64,000 nt of DNA from Acidobacteriota bacterium (GTDB lineage Bacteria > Acidobacteriota > Polarisedimenticolia > J045): the NCBI GenBank assembly GCA_046331425.1, contig JAXLQU010000013.1, positions 24,458 to 88,457 on the forward strand, written 5' to 3'. Below the pieces are notes generated by a model. It was not told the DNA's origin. It saw nothing but the letters and a program-made list of their open reading frames with translations, and did no database searches. The translations under genes were made by a program, and so were the position numbers. Every line of letters begins with the position of its first letter. Within the stretch, counting starts at the first letter, position 1. Positions 47,567 through 57,272 of the stretch are shown here, one piece after another.

Positions 47567-50500
47567 GGCGTCACCTCGCGGCGCACACAGGCAGTGATCG
47601 AGACCGGATAGGCCTCGTCCTGGCAGTTCATTTCGTCTGGTTTCAGATCTTCCGCGGCGGCGCCGATCAGAAAGCCGATCGCAGCCACGAGGTTCCCGCG
47701 GGCACGCACATCGGCACGAGCGCCGGGACACAGATCGTTGACCAGCCGCGTGATCGAGTCGACCGTGAATCGCCAGTGATCCTCCGGTTCGCGGCTCACC
47801 TTGATGATCGACGGCACCGTCAGCAGCAGCGTTCCACCCGGCTTGAGCGACTGGTACACCTCGGCAACAGCGGTCACGACGTCGTGAATGTGCGGCAGCG
47901 TTTGCGTCAGGATGAAGGTGTCGTAGGCGCGACGCGGAAGCGAGCCTGGTTTGTTGAGATCGGCGATGCGTGTGGCGCGCGGGTTGGTGGTTGACACGTC
48001 GATCACCTCGACGCGCGACACACGGTTTCCACCGAAACGGCGCGCGTACTCGTCGCCACCGATCTCGGCAACCTCGCCGCGAATCTCGCCGCTGTGTTGT
48101 TCGAGGAACTGCTCGATGTAGACGCGATCGATGGGTGTACCGCGATCGAAGCCCCACTTGCTGCTAACCGGGTGCATCGAGCGCAACTGGCCCCAGTCGA
48201 TAGGGCTGCGGGTGGATGGAGCAGAGAGCGGTGCGGGTATCGGCGCCAGCGTTAACGGCTGTGCTGGCTTGGCGAGATGCACCTTTGGCGTTTGGAGCGC
48301 GGCGCCTGGCGCGGTTGATTTCGCGGGCGATCGATGCGGCACGGCATCGAGAAACCGTGCCCGCGACGCCCCAACCTCGGCGGCGATCTGCGTTGCTCTG
48401 TGAAGTAGACGCGCGCTCAGTGCCTCGCGGCTTTCCATCATTTGCAGCAAGCAGCGTTCGAACTCGAGCGGCGTGGTCGTGTCGATCGGCACCGGAAGGC
48501 CGCGCATGTCAAACAGCGCGGCAAGGCCAAGCATCTTCTGCTGATAGTGCGCCCCGCGATACAACCCGAGATATGGAACGCCCGAGGAGAGCGCAAACAC
48601 CGCGCTGTGATAGCTGATACCAAACGCCAACTGCGCTCCCGCCATCAATGCCTTGGCCTCGGCGGGCGTCAGCTCGTTGCGCAGCACCACGAACTCTCCG
48701 CGATACGCAACGCGGGACGACAACAGCTCGAGATGCTCGCGCTCATCGGTCCCCGCGAAATGCATCGGTACGCCAATCACCGGCAGACCGGTGCCTGCAA
48801 TCGCCGCATCGATGCACGAGGCAAAGTAAGCAGGCGCGTGATCGTCGGCGTGGTCGAGATAGTGGCGATACTGAAACGCAATGTACGGCTGATCGGCGGC
48901 TACGCCTGCCTCCTGCAGGATCGACTGCACACGAGCGCGCGGCGCCGGCTCGAGGCTGATCGCGTCGTCGCCAACGGTTGACAGCGCGGCGCTCACACCC
49001 AACTCGCGCAGGTACGCCTCGCTGTGCGCCTCGCGAACCGTTATCTCGGTTACGCGTGACAGTGCAGTGCGCAGCAGTACCTCATCGGGAGCGGCGATGC
49101 AGCGATCGATCCCCTGCCCGGTCACGAACAGCGGCTTGGCTGAGATCAGGTAGTCGAGGCACTTCTCGTAGAAGTACGACTGCCAGTGCGACGAGAGGTT
49201 CGCGCCGCCGCAGTCGATCACCCCATCGGCAGTAAGCAGCGCGATCACGCCTTGGCGATATGGCTCAGGCAGCCACGCTGGAAACTGCCCGCTGATGATC
49301 TGCTCGCGATCCAGCACAAACTGACGCGCGGCAAGCAGTACGCGCTTGGCCGGCACCTCGTCTGGAAACACCTGCGCCAGTTCACGCGCCACGAACCTTT
49401 GCAGTGAACGCTCGATCGGAACATCGATTTGAGCAGCGACCGAACCGCACGCCTCGGGATTCTCGGCAAGCACCGTGATCGCGGCCGAGGGGTCACGCCG
49501 GCGCAAATCACAAACCGTGGCGATGAGCATCGCGTCATCACCCAGGTTCTGGGCGCTGATCCCGCTCAACACCACGATCCTTCGCCCGGTGCGCGGTGCT
49601 TCCGCGGGCGCAAGCACCTGTTGTATTCGGCGCTCCAGCTCGAGCGCGTCGAACGGCTGCACGATCAGGCGCGGCAACCGCATCGCGCTCCGCTGCCCTA
49701 GCTCGCTGCGACGTTGCGGTTCGATCGCGCCGCTGGATGTGGTGAACGCTGCGGTGACGCCGTAACTCACGAGCAGCTCGATGGCTGTTTCGGAGATATC
49801 GCCCGGCCCGCCGTGCGGAAACGCGAACAGGCGCGGCCGACGCCCCAGCTCTCGCTCCAAGTCGTTCAGCGACCCTTCGATCTCTTGTTGCGCATGCAGA
49901 CGATCGAGTGCACCCAACGACGAGTGGAACTGCGTGTGCGCCCCCATCTCGACGAGTCCATCGGCGGCAATCTCTCGCAGCATCGCCCAATTGCAGCTCA
50001 GATCCGATAGCCGACGCCGTGTCTGCGCGAGGAACTCCTCGAGCAAGGCATCGAGCGCCGCGTTGCGCTGTTCGGGCGGGAGTTTTTTGTACGGCTCCTG
50101 CAGTCCGGAACGCCCCGCCGCCACCAGCACTTCCCACCAAAACGGCGTCTTCGGTCCAACGTGCCCAGTCGGTACGAACAGCACGGCCGGAACGCGGTGC
50201 TTGCGTAGGATCGGCCAGGCGTGCAGGTAGAAATCGCGATACGCATCATCGAAGGTCAAGAGCACGCGCGGCCGCGGGTCCGACGTGGGCGCCCCGTGCA
50301 AGAACTCCTCCGCCGACACAACGCGATACTGTTGACACAAGTGCCGCAAATGCGACTCGAACAGAGCCGGCGTGATCGCCAGTTGATAAGGGTCCTCGCC
50401 GACACTCGGGTGCACACGATGGTAGTTCAAGACAACCGTGCTCGGTTCGGGCGTAGCGTTCGGCGCTGCTTCGCGTTGCGGTCGCTGCTCGATCCACGTC

Positions 50501-51444
50501 AGTTGCTCGTTCTGTTTGGTTGCGAGCGCGGCACCACCATGCTGGTCGGTCAGCTCGTGGTAGCGGCGGTAGATCACGCGATGCGCATGCAGAAAGTCTT
50601 TGTTCGACTCGGCGCTCATGCGGCGTGGATTTGTGGCATCCACACCGCTGGTAACGACGCGACTGTCGGTTACCTGCACCGCCGCGCGCAGGCGAATCCA
50701 AAAGTCCCAGTCTTCGTTGGCGCGCAGCATCGCGTCGAAGCCGCCAATCGCATCGATCAACGCCCGCTCGTGCAACACCGCCTGTACCGGAGTGACGTTC
50801 TCCTCCAGCAACTCGCTCAGCTCGAAGGCGCGCCATGGCAGCGGCTTGAAGAAGTCTGGGCCAACGCCCTGCTCGGCGGGGCGGCGAATCAGTGCGACGG
50901 CGCGCGCGGCGCGCGCGTTGGTTGAGACAAGCAAGTGCACCAGGTGACCGACATGGTGCGGATAGAGCCGATCGTCGTCATCGAGATAGCCGATGTACTC
51001 ACCACGCGCCGCCTTCGCGCCGCTGTTGCGCGCCGCGGCCAAGTACTTGTTGCGCTCATGCTCGATCAATTGAATCGGCAGCCGATCACGGAACTCGGCG
51101 ATTACCTGATTGACCGCGCACCCTGCATCGTTCACGACCACCGCTTCGATCGGGCGATAGAGCTGCGAGGCGACGCTCTCCAACGCGCGGCGCAGCAACT
51201 CGGGCCGATTGAAGGTGGGGATGACGATCGAAACCAGCGGCCCCGAATCGAGGTGCGCTCCGCCTGCACTCCACGCGAGTGCCAAGCGGCGTGCATCGCG
51301 CCACAGTTCCGATTCGGCCGCAGCCGCGATTGCAGCCACCTGCGCGTCGCCCTCTTCGACCGAACCGGCGAGCGCTTCCCACAGCACGATATCGCGCCGT
51401 CCTGCTTCTAGTTGATTGATCACGGTGTTCACATGGCAAGTCAT
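47563..51444 (-). CDS. Four-domain polysaccharide-modifying protein: GT2 glycosyltransferase, polysaccharide deacetylase (NodB), polysaccharide pyruvyl transferase, class I SAM methyltransferase
   Basis: 1293 aa. VSIVIPTFNRPELLRRALESV…YLDDDD (GT2). RVLLTFDDAYRDFY…AVLFVPTG (NodB). RIVVLSGISAQNLGDDAMLIATVCDL (PS_pyruv_trans). VAEIGGDEYARRFG…LKPGGTLLLTVP (methyltransferase). Confidence 0.8.
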   Translation of the reverse strand: MTCHVNTVINQLEAGRRDIVLWEALAGSVEEGDAQVAAIAAAAESELWRDARRLALAWSAGGAHLDSGPLVSIVIPTFNRPELLRRALESVASQLYRPIEAVVVNDAGCAVNQVIAEFRDRLPIQLIEHERNKYLAAARNSGAKAARGEYIGYLDDDDRLYPHHVGHLVHLLVSTNARAARAVALIRRPAEQGVGPDFFKPLPWRAFELSELLEENVTPVQAVLHERALIDAIGGFDAMLRANEDWDFWIRLRAAVQVTDSRVVTSGVDATNPRRMSAESNKDFLHAHRVIYRRYHELTDQHGGAALATKQNEQLTWIEQRPQREAAPNATPEPSTVVLNYHRVHPSVGEDPYQLAITPALFESHLRHLCQQYRVVSAEEFLHGAPTSDPRPRVLLTFDDAYRDFYLHAWPILRKHRVPAVLFVPTGHVGPKTPFWWEVLVAAGRSGLQEPYKKLPPEQRNAALDALLEEFLAQTRRRLSDLSCNWAMLREIAADGLVEMGAHTQFHSSLGALDRLHAQQEIEGSLNDLERELGRRPRLFAFPHGGPGDISETAIELLVSYGVTAAFTTSSGAIEPQRRSELGQRSAMRLPRLIVQPFDALELERRIQQVLAPAEAPRTGRRIVVLSGISAQNLGDDAMLIATVCDLRRRDPSAAITVLAENPEACGSVAAQIDVPIERSLQRFVARELAQVFPDEVPAKRVLLAARQFVLDREQIISGQFPAWLPEPYRQGVIALLTADGVIDCGGANLSSHWQSYFYEKCLDYLISAKPLFVTGQGIDRCIAAPDEVLLRTALSRVTEITVREAHSEAYLRELGVSAALSTVGDDAISLEPAPRARVQSILQEAGVAADQPYIAFQYRHYLDHADDHAPAYFASCIDAAIAGTGLPVIGVPMHFAGTDEREHLELLSSRVAYRGEFVVLRNELTPAEAKALMAGAQLAFGISYHSAVFALSSGVPYLGLYRGAHYQQKMLGLAALFDMRGLPVPIDTTTPLEFERCLLQMMESREALSARLLHRATQIAAEVGASRARFLDAVPHRSPAKSTAPGAALQTPKVHLAKPAQPLTLAPIPAPLSAPSTRSPIDWGQLRSMHPVSSKWGFDRGTPIDRVYIEQFLEQHSGEIRGEVAEIGGDEYARRFGGNRVSRVEVIDVSTTNPRATRIADLNKPGSLPRRAYDTFILTQTLPHIHDVVTAVAEVYQSLKPGGTLLLTVPSIIKVSREPEDHWRFTVDSITRLVNDLCPGARADVRARGNLVAAIGFLIGAAAEDLKPDEMNCQDEAYPVSITACVRREVTP

Positions 51445-51989
51445 GTGCCATGCGCAGCGCGTTCGATTGTTCTTGATTGAAACAAGTCACCAGACGAAAC
51501 CTGCGATTGCCGCGTGCCCCGAGTGCCCGCGCGGCGGTTCCCCGACTACGGCGTCAACCACTGGACGATGGGCCGAGAGTTGGGCCGACGGTTTGGACCG
51601 CGGATCAGCCCCTCATGGGGCTGGACCAAAATCCCATCCGGGAGGAACGACCCGGGCCGGACAGCGTTGAACTTTGCCGGCCTGGTTCGGTCTTTGAACC
51701 GGCACGCAGCTTTCCATCTCGCACCCCAAAACGCGTGAAATTGACGTTTGCGGAAGAGCCGTCTCGCAGTACCTGATAGTCAGTCACGACACACCGAGTC
51801 GGCGAGTTGAGTCGTCACCTCCACTCCTCAGTTGGTGTTCTTGGAATTCCCCCTCTCCGTTGTACCGGCGCCCCCTCAGGCGCCGTTTTTTTTGAGATTC
51901 GAGGCTGGCGGCTTGATCCATGTCATGAGTAACACCCTCCCGATCACCGTACCGTCTTCGTTCCTTCGGTTGTTCTTTGGGAGACCGCC

Positions 51990-53237
51990 ATGATTTCTGC
52001 CCAAACGCTCCGCGCCAACGCCTCTCTGCTGAAACTCGATCTGTACTGCAAGGGACTGCGGATGGCCGACTCGTGTTTCATCGAGGAAGACGGCGGGCGC
52101 AAGATCCTCCGCACGCGCGCCGGGCTGGGCAGTGGCCTGGAATTGATTCTCCCGGGAAACATGTGGACCAATGTCCCAGTCTCCGAAGCGTTCGCGGCAG
52201 AAAGTCCCTATGTCCTCGAGAAAATCGGTGGCCGTTACAACCTGACATGGAGCGGAGAGTCGATCGTCGACGTCACGCTTTCGCCGCGACCCGAATGGTA
52301 CGACGCACACACCACCAGCGGGAAGGTGATGACCAAGGTTGGAACGCTGCAAGGAACGTATCTCGGCGTCTATCCCGCCAAGGTCTGCGAGTATTGGCTC
52401 AAGAAACCCGAGCGCGACAACTGCAAGTTCTGCTCGGTTGGTTTGAACTTGGGCGTGGACGATGCCGACGAGAAGTCGGTCAATGAAGTCATGGAGGTGG
52501 TGCGAGCGGCGCGCCGTGAATCGGGAATTACATACGTCGATTTCAACACCGGCCACTACGAGGGTGATACGTACCTCGACATTCTCGAGCCGTACATTCG
52601 ACGGATCAAAGCCGAGGTCGGGTTGTTGGTTGGTGTGCAAACGCCGCCGCATCGGGATCTGAAGCGCTACGACAAGCTACGTGAGATAGGTGTCAATCGC
52701 GTCTCGTTCTGCTTTGAAATCTTCGACCGGGAGAAGTTCATCGAGGTTTGCCCGGGCAAGCACACCGAGTACGGCCTGGACTACTACCTCGAAGCAATTC
52801 GCTACTGTGCGACGCTCGGCTCCAAGGGTCCGAAGAGCGAACCGTGGGTCACCAACGGCGAGATCATTGCTGGACTCGAGCCGGCCGAATCGTCGATTGC
52901 CGCAATCGATTGGATTACGTCGGTCGGCGCGATTCCCACCGTGTGCGTCTTCCGCCCGCTGAAAGGGACCGATCTGGAAGACACGCCGCCGCCCAAGACC
53001 GAAGAAATGGTGCCGGTGTTTCGACGCCTGTATGAAGCCTGCATGGAGCGCGGCCTACCGATCGGCTGCGCCCCCAATGTGCATGTGAGCCTGGTGATGC
53101 TCCCCGAAGAATGCCGCGGCCTCAGCGACAAGAGCTTCTACTGGCAGCGTCTGAAGCTGGCTGCCATGGCGAAGATCTTCGGCATGCAGTTCGAGCGCAA
53201 GCTGGCTGCGATCGAAACCAAGAGCTCGGCTGCGTAG
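51990..53237 (+). CDS. Radical-SAM-like TIM-barrel protein with a non-canonical Cys motif (CX12CX2C), tentative
   Basis: VCEYWLKKPERDNCKFCSVG. Downstream ITYVDFNTGHY, GVNRVSFCFEIFD and NGEIIAGLEPAE resemble the radical-SAM core strands. Family is uncertain. Confidence 0.4.
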   Translation: MISAQTLRANASLLKLDLYCKGLRMADSCFIEEDGGRKILRTRAGLGSGLELILPGNMWTNVPVSEAFAAESPYVLEKIGGRYNLTWSGESIVDVTLSPRPEWYDAHTTSGKVMTKVGTLQGTYLGVYPAKVCEYWLKKPERDNCKFCSVGLNLGVDDADEKSVNEVMEVVRAARRESGITYVDFNTGHYEGDTYLDILEPYIRRIKAEVGLLVGVQTPPHRDLKRYDKLREIGVNRVSFCFEIFDREKFIEVCPGKHTEYGLDYYLEAIRYCATLGSKGPKSEPWVTNGEIIAGLEPAESSIAAIDWITSVGAIPTVCVFRPLKGTDLEDTPPPKTEEMVPVFRRLYEACMERGLPIGCAPNVHVSLVMLPEECRGLSDKSFYWQRLKLAAMAKIFGMQFERKLAAIETKSSAA

Positions 53238-53255
53238 CGCGATCGGTCGTTTCGG

Positions 53256-54797
53256 TTACTTGAGCGTCTTGACGTTCAGCTGATTCGATGTGGCCGATTC
53301 AGCGCTGTCGCTGTACGAGGTCAACGCAAACGAGTATCGCTTGCCCGGTGACAGCCCGGTGATCTTCCCGCTTGTCGTGTTCGCTGGGAAACTCTGGTGA
53401 AGCGTCCAATCGGTCCCGGTCCAGCGATAGACGTGAAACCCGATCTCACCAGAGGCCCCATCCGACCATCCGACATTCACCGCTCGCCGCGCTCGCTTGT
53501 TGGTGTGCAGGTTCGTCGGCGCGCCGAGTAGCTGGACGGCGCTGCGGAAATTGGCAACCGTCAGCGCGGTGTTGTTGATGGTCTGGTGGTTGTCCCGCTG
53601 CCCAGCGATGCCGGTGGGGGTGCCGAAGTACGAAACGGCCGGGTTACTGAAGTGCGGTGACTTGGGACAGCCCAGCGTGCATTGCGTCGTGTAGGACATG
53701 ATCGTGCGATACGAACCGTCGACGAAGTGGCCGTAGGAGTAGGCGTAACTGGTGCCGCTTCCCGAGTTGGCCGGATCGTGATTGCACCCTTGGTTGTGAC
53801 CGGTCTCGTGGGCCAGCGTCAGGTTGCTCGCAGCACAATCGCGCAACACCACATTGAAGGCGTAGCTGCCGAAGTTGGATTCCACCTGCGTCATCAACCA
53901 ACCGATACCGCAGTACCCGCTGGTGTTGACGATCATCGACACGACGTCGGCGCCGTATTGATTGCGTAGCGCCGCAACGGTGGGATCGTTGGTCAGCCAG
54001 TTGAGGTCGGCGTTGGCATCGCCCGCTTCGGTGTAGGCAATTTCCTCTGTGTGCGCCAAGCGAAGCCGCGTGGTGATCTGGCTGTTGGCGTAGGCGGTGT
54101 TGGTCAAGTCGATCGCGCTTTGAACGGTCGCCTCGATCGCAGCGGTGCCGCCGGCTGCGGCGCGCGCGTCATCGGTGTAGAGGATCAGCATGTCGATGAA
54201 GTCGGCGCTGTCGGAGTAGGCGGTGGTTGGTTCGGCCGCCGCGACGGCGCGTTGTTGCGGTGCCGATACTGGATCGGCGCATTCGCGGAAGCGGTCTTGG
54301 TTGATTTCCGACATCAGGTACTGCCCGGCAGCGACCGGGCGAATCTCGTAGATCTCGCCGTCGGGTGTGTGGATGATGCCGGCGAGCAGCCCTCCACGCA
54401 CACTCAACGTCGCTTCGCCTTCGCGGAGATCGGCGAGCTTGATCGTGCCACGCCAGGTGTAGTCGCTCGCGCCGCGTACCTCGTAGTCGCTGCGTTGAAT
54501 GCGCCAGGTCTTGCCGCTGAAGACATCGACGTCGATCGCGCTGCGCAGCGGATCGAGCGCACTGAAGTCGATCTCGACCGAGCGTTCCCGTAACGCAGCG
54601 CTCGACGGTGTGTAGGACATCTCCCGCAGCGAGGTCATGCCGGAGGAATGAAACAGCGACACTGGCGGAAGCTCTTCAACGTCGCCCGCACGCTTGTCGG
54701 TTTGTGGCGGCAGAGCCCATGCGGCCGACACCAAAGAAACGAGTGCGACAAAGATCTGCCCGGTGCGAACGCATCCGGAGATGTGCGAGCGGTACAT
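53256..54797 (-). CDS. Secreted zinc metalloprotease (metzincin, reprolysin/M12B-like) with C-terminal fibronectin type III domain
   Basis: Signal peptide. HETGHNQGCNHD is HExxHxxGxxHD. C-terminal FHVYRWTGTDWTL…SPGKRYSF (FN3). Confidence 0.7.
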   Translation of the reverse strand: MYRSHISGCVRTGQIFVALVSLVSAAWALPPQTDKRAGDVEELPPVSLFHSSGMTSLREMSYTPSSAALRERSVEIDFSALDPLRSAIDVDVFSGKTWRIQRSDYEVRGASDYTWRGTIKLADLREGEATLSVRGGLLAGIIHTPDGEIYEIRPVAAGQYLMSEINQDRFRECADPVSAPQQRAVAAAEPTTAYSDSADFIDMLILYTDDARAAAGGTAAIEATVQSAIDLTNTAYANSQITTRLRLAHTEEIAYTEAGDANADLNWLTNDPTVAALRNQYGADVVSMIVNTSGYCGIGWLMTQVESNFGSYAFNVVLRDCAASNLTLAHETGHNQGCNHDPANSGSGTSYAYSYGHFVDGSYRTIMSYTTQCTLGCPKSPHFSNPAVSYFGTPTGIAGQRDNHQTINNTALTVANFRSAVQLLGAPTNLHTNKRARRAVNVGWSDGASGEIGFHVYRWTGTDWTLHQSFPANTTSGKITGLSPGKRYSFALTSYSDSAESATSNQLNVKTLK

Positions 54798-54924
54798 GGG
54801 TACGTCCCTTCCCCGTTCCCCGTGCGGTGTTGTCCTGAATGTAGGGCCTGAGTGGAGAGTCGAGTAGCGTCCTGTAGAAATCAGGGCGGGCAGCCGCCAA
54901 GGACAGCCGCCCGCGCCCGAGTGA

Positions 54925-56499
54925 TTACTTGGTCTTCGCGGTCAACTCGTTGGAGATCGCTGAGAGGCCGGCCCCGTTGAACGCGCGCACGATCAGCGTC
55001 ACCGTTGCTCGTCGTCCCAACCCGGTCACGGTGGTGGTCGTGACGTTGGCGCTCACACTCTTTGCTAGCGTCCAACCGCCCGCCGACCACTTGTACAAGT
55101 TGTAGCCGTTCTCATTCGTGGCATTGTCGTTCCATCTCACTTGCAAGCCGCCGTTGACAGCCGATACCAGCCGCAGTTGAGACGGGAGCCACGGAACTCC
55201 CGACCCGTTCGATCCGCCGCCGCTACTGCCGCCGCCCGTCGTCGTTTGCTGCTTGAAGTTGGCGACGGTCGCGGCGACGTTGTTGAGTACCAAGTGATTG
55301 TCGCGCGCAGTCGCTACGCCTGTCGGGTAACCCGAATAGCTGACAGCCGGATTGGAGAAGTACGGGACGCGGGTGCAGCCAGACGCGCACTGTGAGTTGT
55401 ACGACATCACGGTGCGGAACACGCCGTCGACGAAGTGACCTCTGTTGTACGCATACATCCCGCTGCCGCCTGCGTTGGCAGGGTCGTGATCGCAGCCCAT
55501 GTTGTGACCGGACTCATGCGCCAGCGTCAGGTTCGCCGCCACACATGCGCGCGCCACGACGTTGTAGGCGTTGGGCGCAAAGGCAGTGGTGAGCGAACTC
55601 ATCAAGTACCCAATGCCGCAGTAGTCGCATGACTCCACGACAAACGACACAAGATCGGCTTTGTACTGCTCGCGCAGTGCTGCGATTGTCGTGTCGTTGC
55701 GCACCGCGGTGAGATCGGCCGAGGCGCTGCCGGTTTCGGCGTAGGAGTACTCGCCCTTGTAGACCAATCGCATGCGAGTGGTAACGCCGCTGTTGGCGTA
55801 GGCGGTATTGGCCAAATCGACGGCGCTCTGTACCGTCGCCTCGATTGCAGCGGTGCCGCCGGCGGCAGCCCGCGTGTCGTCGGTGTACAGCACCATGATG
55901 TCGATCGTGCCGTCGCTGTCGTTCATGGCGATCGGTTCGCCTGCAACTTGCGGCGCCATCTCGGAGGAGAGTGGCTCGCGTGGGTCGGCGCATTCACGGA
56001 AGAGATTCGGTGCAAGCTCGGTGAGCAGATGCTTGCCACCGCCAATCGCGCGCAGTTCGTAGGCGTCTCCTTCGGGCGTGTTGATCAAACCGGCCACGGC
56101 GCCGTGATGCACTGTGAAGGTGGCCTCGCCCTGACGACCATCCTCGAGCTGGATGCTGCCGCGCCAGGTGTAGTCGTCTAGATCGCGAATCTCGAGGGTG
56201 CGTCGCTCGGCCACGAACTGCTTGCCGCCCAATAAGGGCAACTGCATGCCGCGGCGCGCCGGATTGAACGCCTCTAGGTCGATGCGAACCATCCGCTCAT
56301 GGATCGCGGCTGGCGAGCTGACGAGCGGCGTGTCGCCTAGCATCTGTGGATCTTCGAGCGCAAACAGCGCTCGAGTTCTGCGTTGCGGATCACGTTCGAA
56401 AGAGTCGGGTGGTAGAGCGAACGCTGCCGATGCTGTCGCGGCTAGTAGAACCGAAAGCGCGCCTCGGCGAACGTATGCGAAGCTGTTTGAGTAGTGCAT
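54925..56499 (-). CDS. Secreted zinc metalloprotease (metzincin, reprolysin/M12B-like) with C-terminal FN3 domain. Paralogue of 53256..54797.
   Basis: HESGHNMGCDHD. Co-linear similarity with the neighbour throughout (…ILYTDDARAAAGGTAAIEATVQSA…). Confidence 0.7.
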   Translation of the reverse strand: MHYSNSFAYVRRGALSVLLAATASAAFALPPDSFERDPQRRTRALFALEDPQMLGDTPLVSSPAAIHERMVRIDLEAFNPARRGMQLPLLGGKQFVAERRTLEIRDLDDYTWRGSIQLEDGRQGEATFTVHHGAVAGLINTPEGDAYELRAIGGGKHLLTELAPNLFRECADPREPLSSEMAPQVAGEPIAMNDSDGTIDIMVLYTDDTRAAAGGTAAIEATVQSAVDLANTAYANSGVTTRMRLVYKGEYSYAETGSASADLTAVRNDTTIAALREQYKADLVSFVVESCDYCGIGYLMSSLTTAFAPNAYNVVARACVAANLTLAHESGHNMGCDHDPANAGGSGMYAYNRGHFVDGVFRTVMSYNSQCASGCTRVPYFSNPAVSYSGYPTGVATARDNHLVLNNVAATVANFKQQTTTGGGSSGGGSNGSGVPWLPSQLRLVSAVNGGLQVRWNDNATNENGYNLYKWSAGGWTLAKSVSANVTTTTVTGLGRRATVTLIVRAFNGAGLSAISNELTAKTK

Positions 56500-56795
56500 G
56501 TGTCGATACCCGTCACGATGACTCCCCGTTGCGTTGCGTAATGTAGGTTCGCTGGAGCGGATGGCCCAGGGGAGCTCGGGGTCGTGGGTCTACACTGGGC
56601 ATCCCAGACGCCACCAGCATCGAGCGCTACTTCGGGACATCACGATTCGCAAAACCACGACTCCTGGCGCGTCGTTCCTACGGCGTTCTCGCCGGGCCTG
56701 GCCGTACGATGTCCCCGCGAGTTGATTTCCGGTCTAGACTGCGATACGTGCCCAGTTCGATCTAATCACCGTACTTTCGCTCGCGGAGACACACG

Positions 56796-57026
56796 ATGAC
56801 TCGAATCGCGCCACGGATCACCGTCGATCCGAAGATCCGCTTTGGCACGCCGGTAATCGAAGGAACTCGAATCCCGATCGAAGTGATCGTCGGCAAGCTC
56901 GCGAGCGGCATGAGTGCCGATGCTGTGGCCGACGCGTATGGCGTCGGTCTGCAGGATGTCCTGGCCGCGCTTGCCTACGCCGCAGACGTAATTTCACACG
57001 AGCGCGTGCGCGCGGTCAGCGAGTAA
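56796..57026 (+). CDS. DUF433 domain protein (putative antitoxin)
   Basis: ITVDPKIRFGTPVIEGTRIPIEVIVGKLASGMSADAVADAYGV is the DUF433 signature. Confidence 0.68.
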   Translation: MTRIAPRITVDPKIRFGTPVIEGTRIPIEVIVGKLASGMSADAVADAYGVGLQDVLAALAYAADVISHERVRAVSE

Positions 57027-57245
57027 TTGACTCGTTTCCTTGTCGATGAGGATCTGCCCCGCCAACTGGCGGTGGCGCTGCGCGCGTCCGGGAGCGACGC
57101 GGTGCACATACGGGATGCCGGTCACGGCGGCGCGACGGACGACGAGATATTTGCGCTGGGAATCCGTGAGGGCCGCGCGCTTATCACTGCGGACCTTGAC
57201 TTCGCCGACTTGCGCCGATTCCCTCGTGTTCGGATTCGACGCTAA
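57027..57245 (+). CDS. DUF5615 (PIN-like) family protein, shorter than usual. Putative toxin partner of DUF433.
   Basis: MTRFLVDEDLPRQLAVALRASGSDAVHIRDAGHGGATDDEIFALGIREGRALITADLDF matches DUF5615. Only 72 aa versus ~110 typical. Confidence 0.58.
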   Translation: MTRFLVDEDLPRQLAVALRASGSDAVHIRDAGHGGATDDEIFALGIREGRALITADLDFADLRRFPRVRIRR

Positions 57246-57272
57246 CTCAAACAACCCGACAGATCGCTGCCG

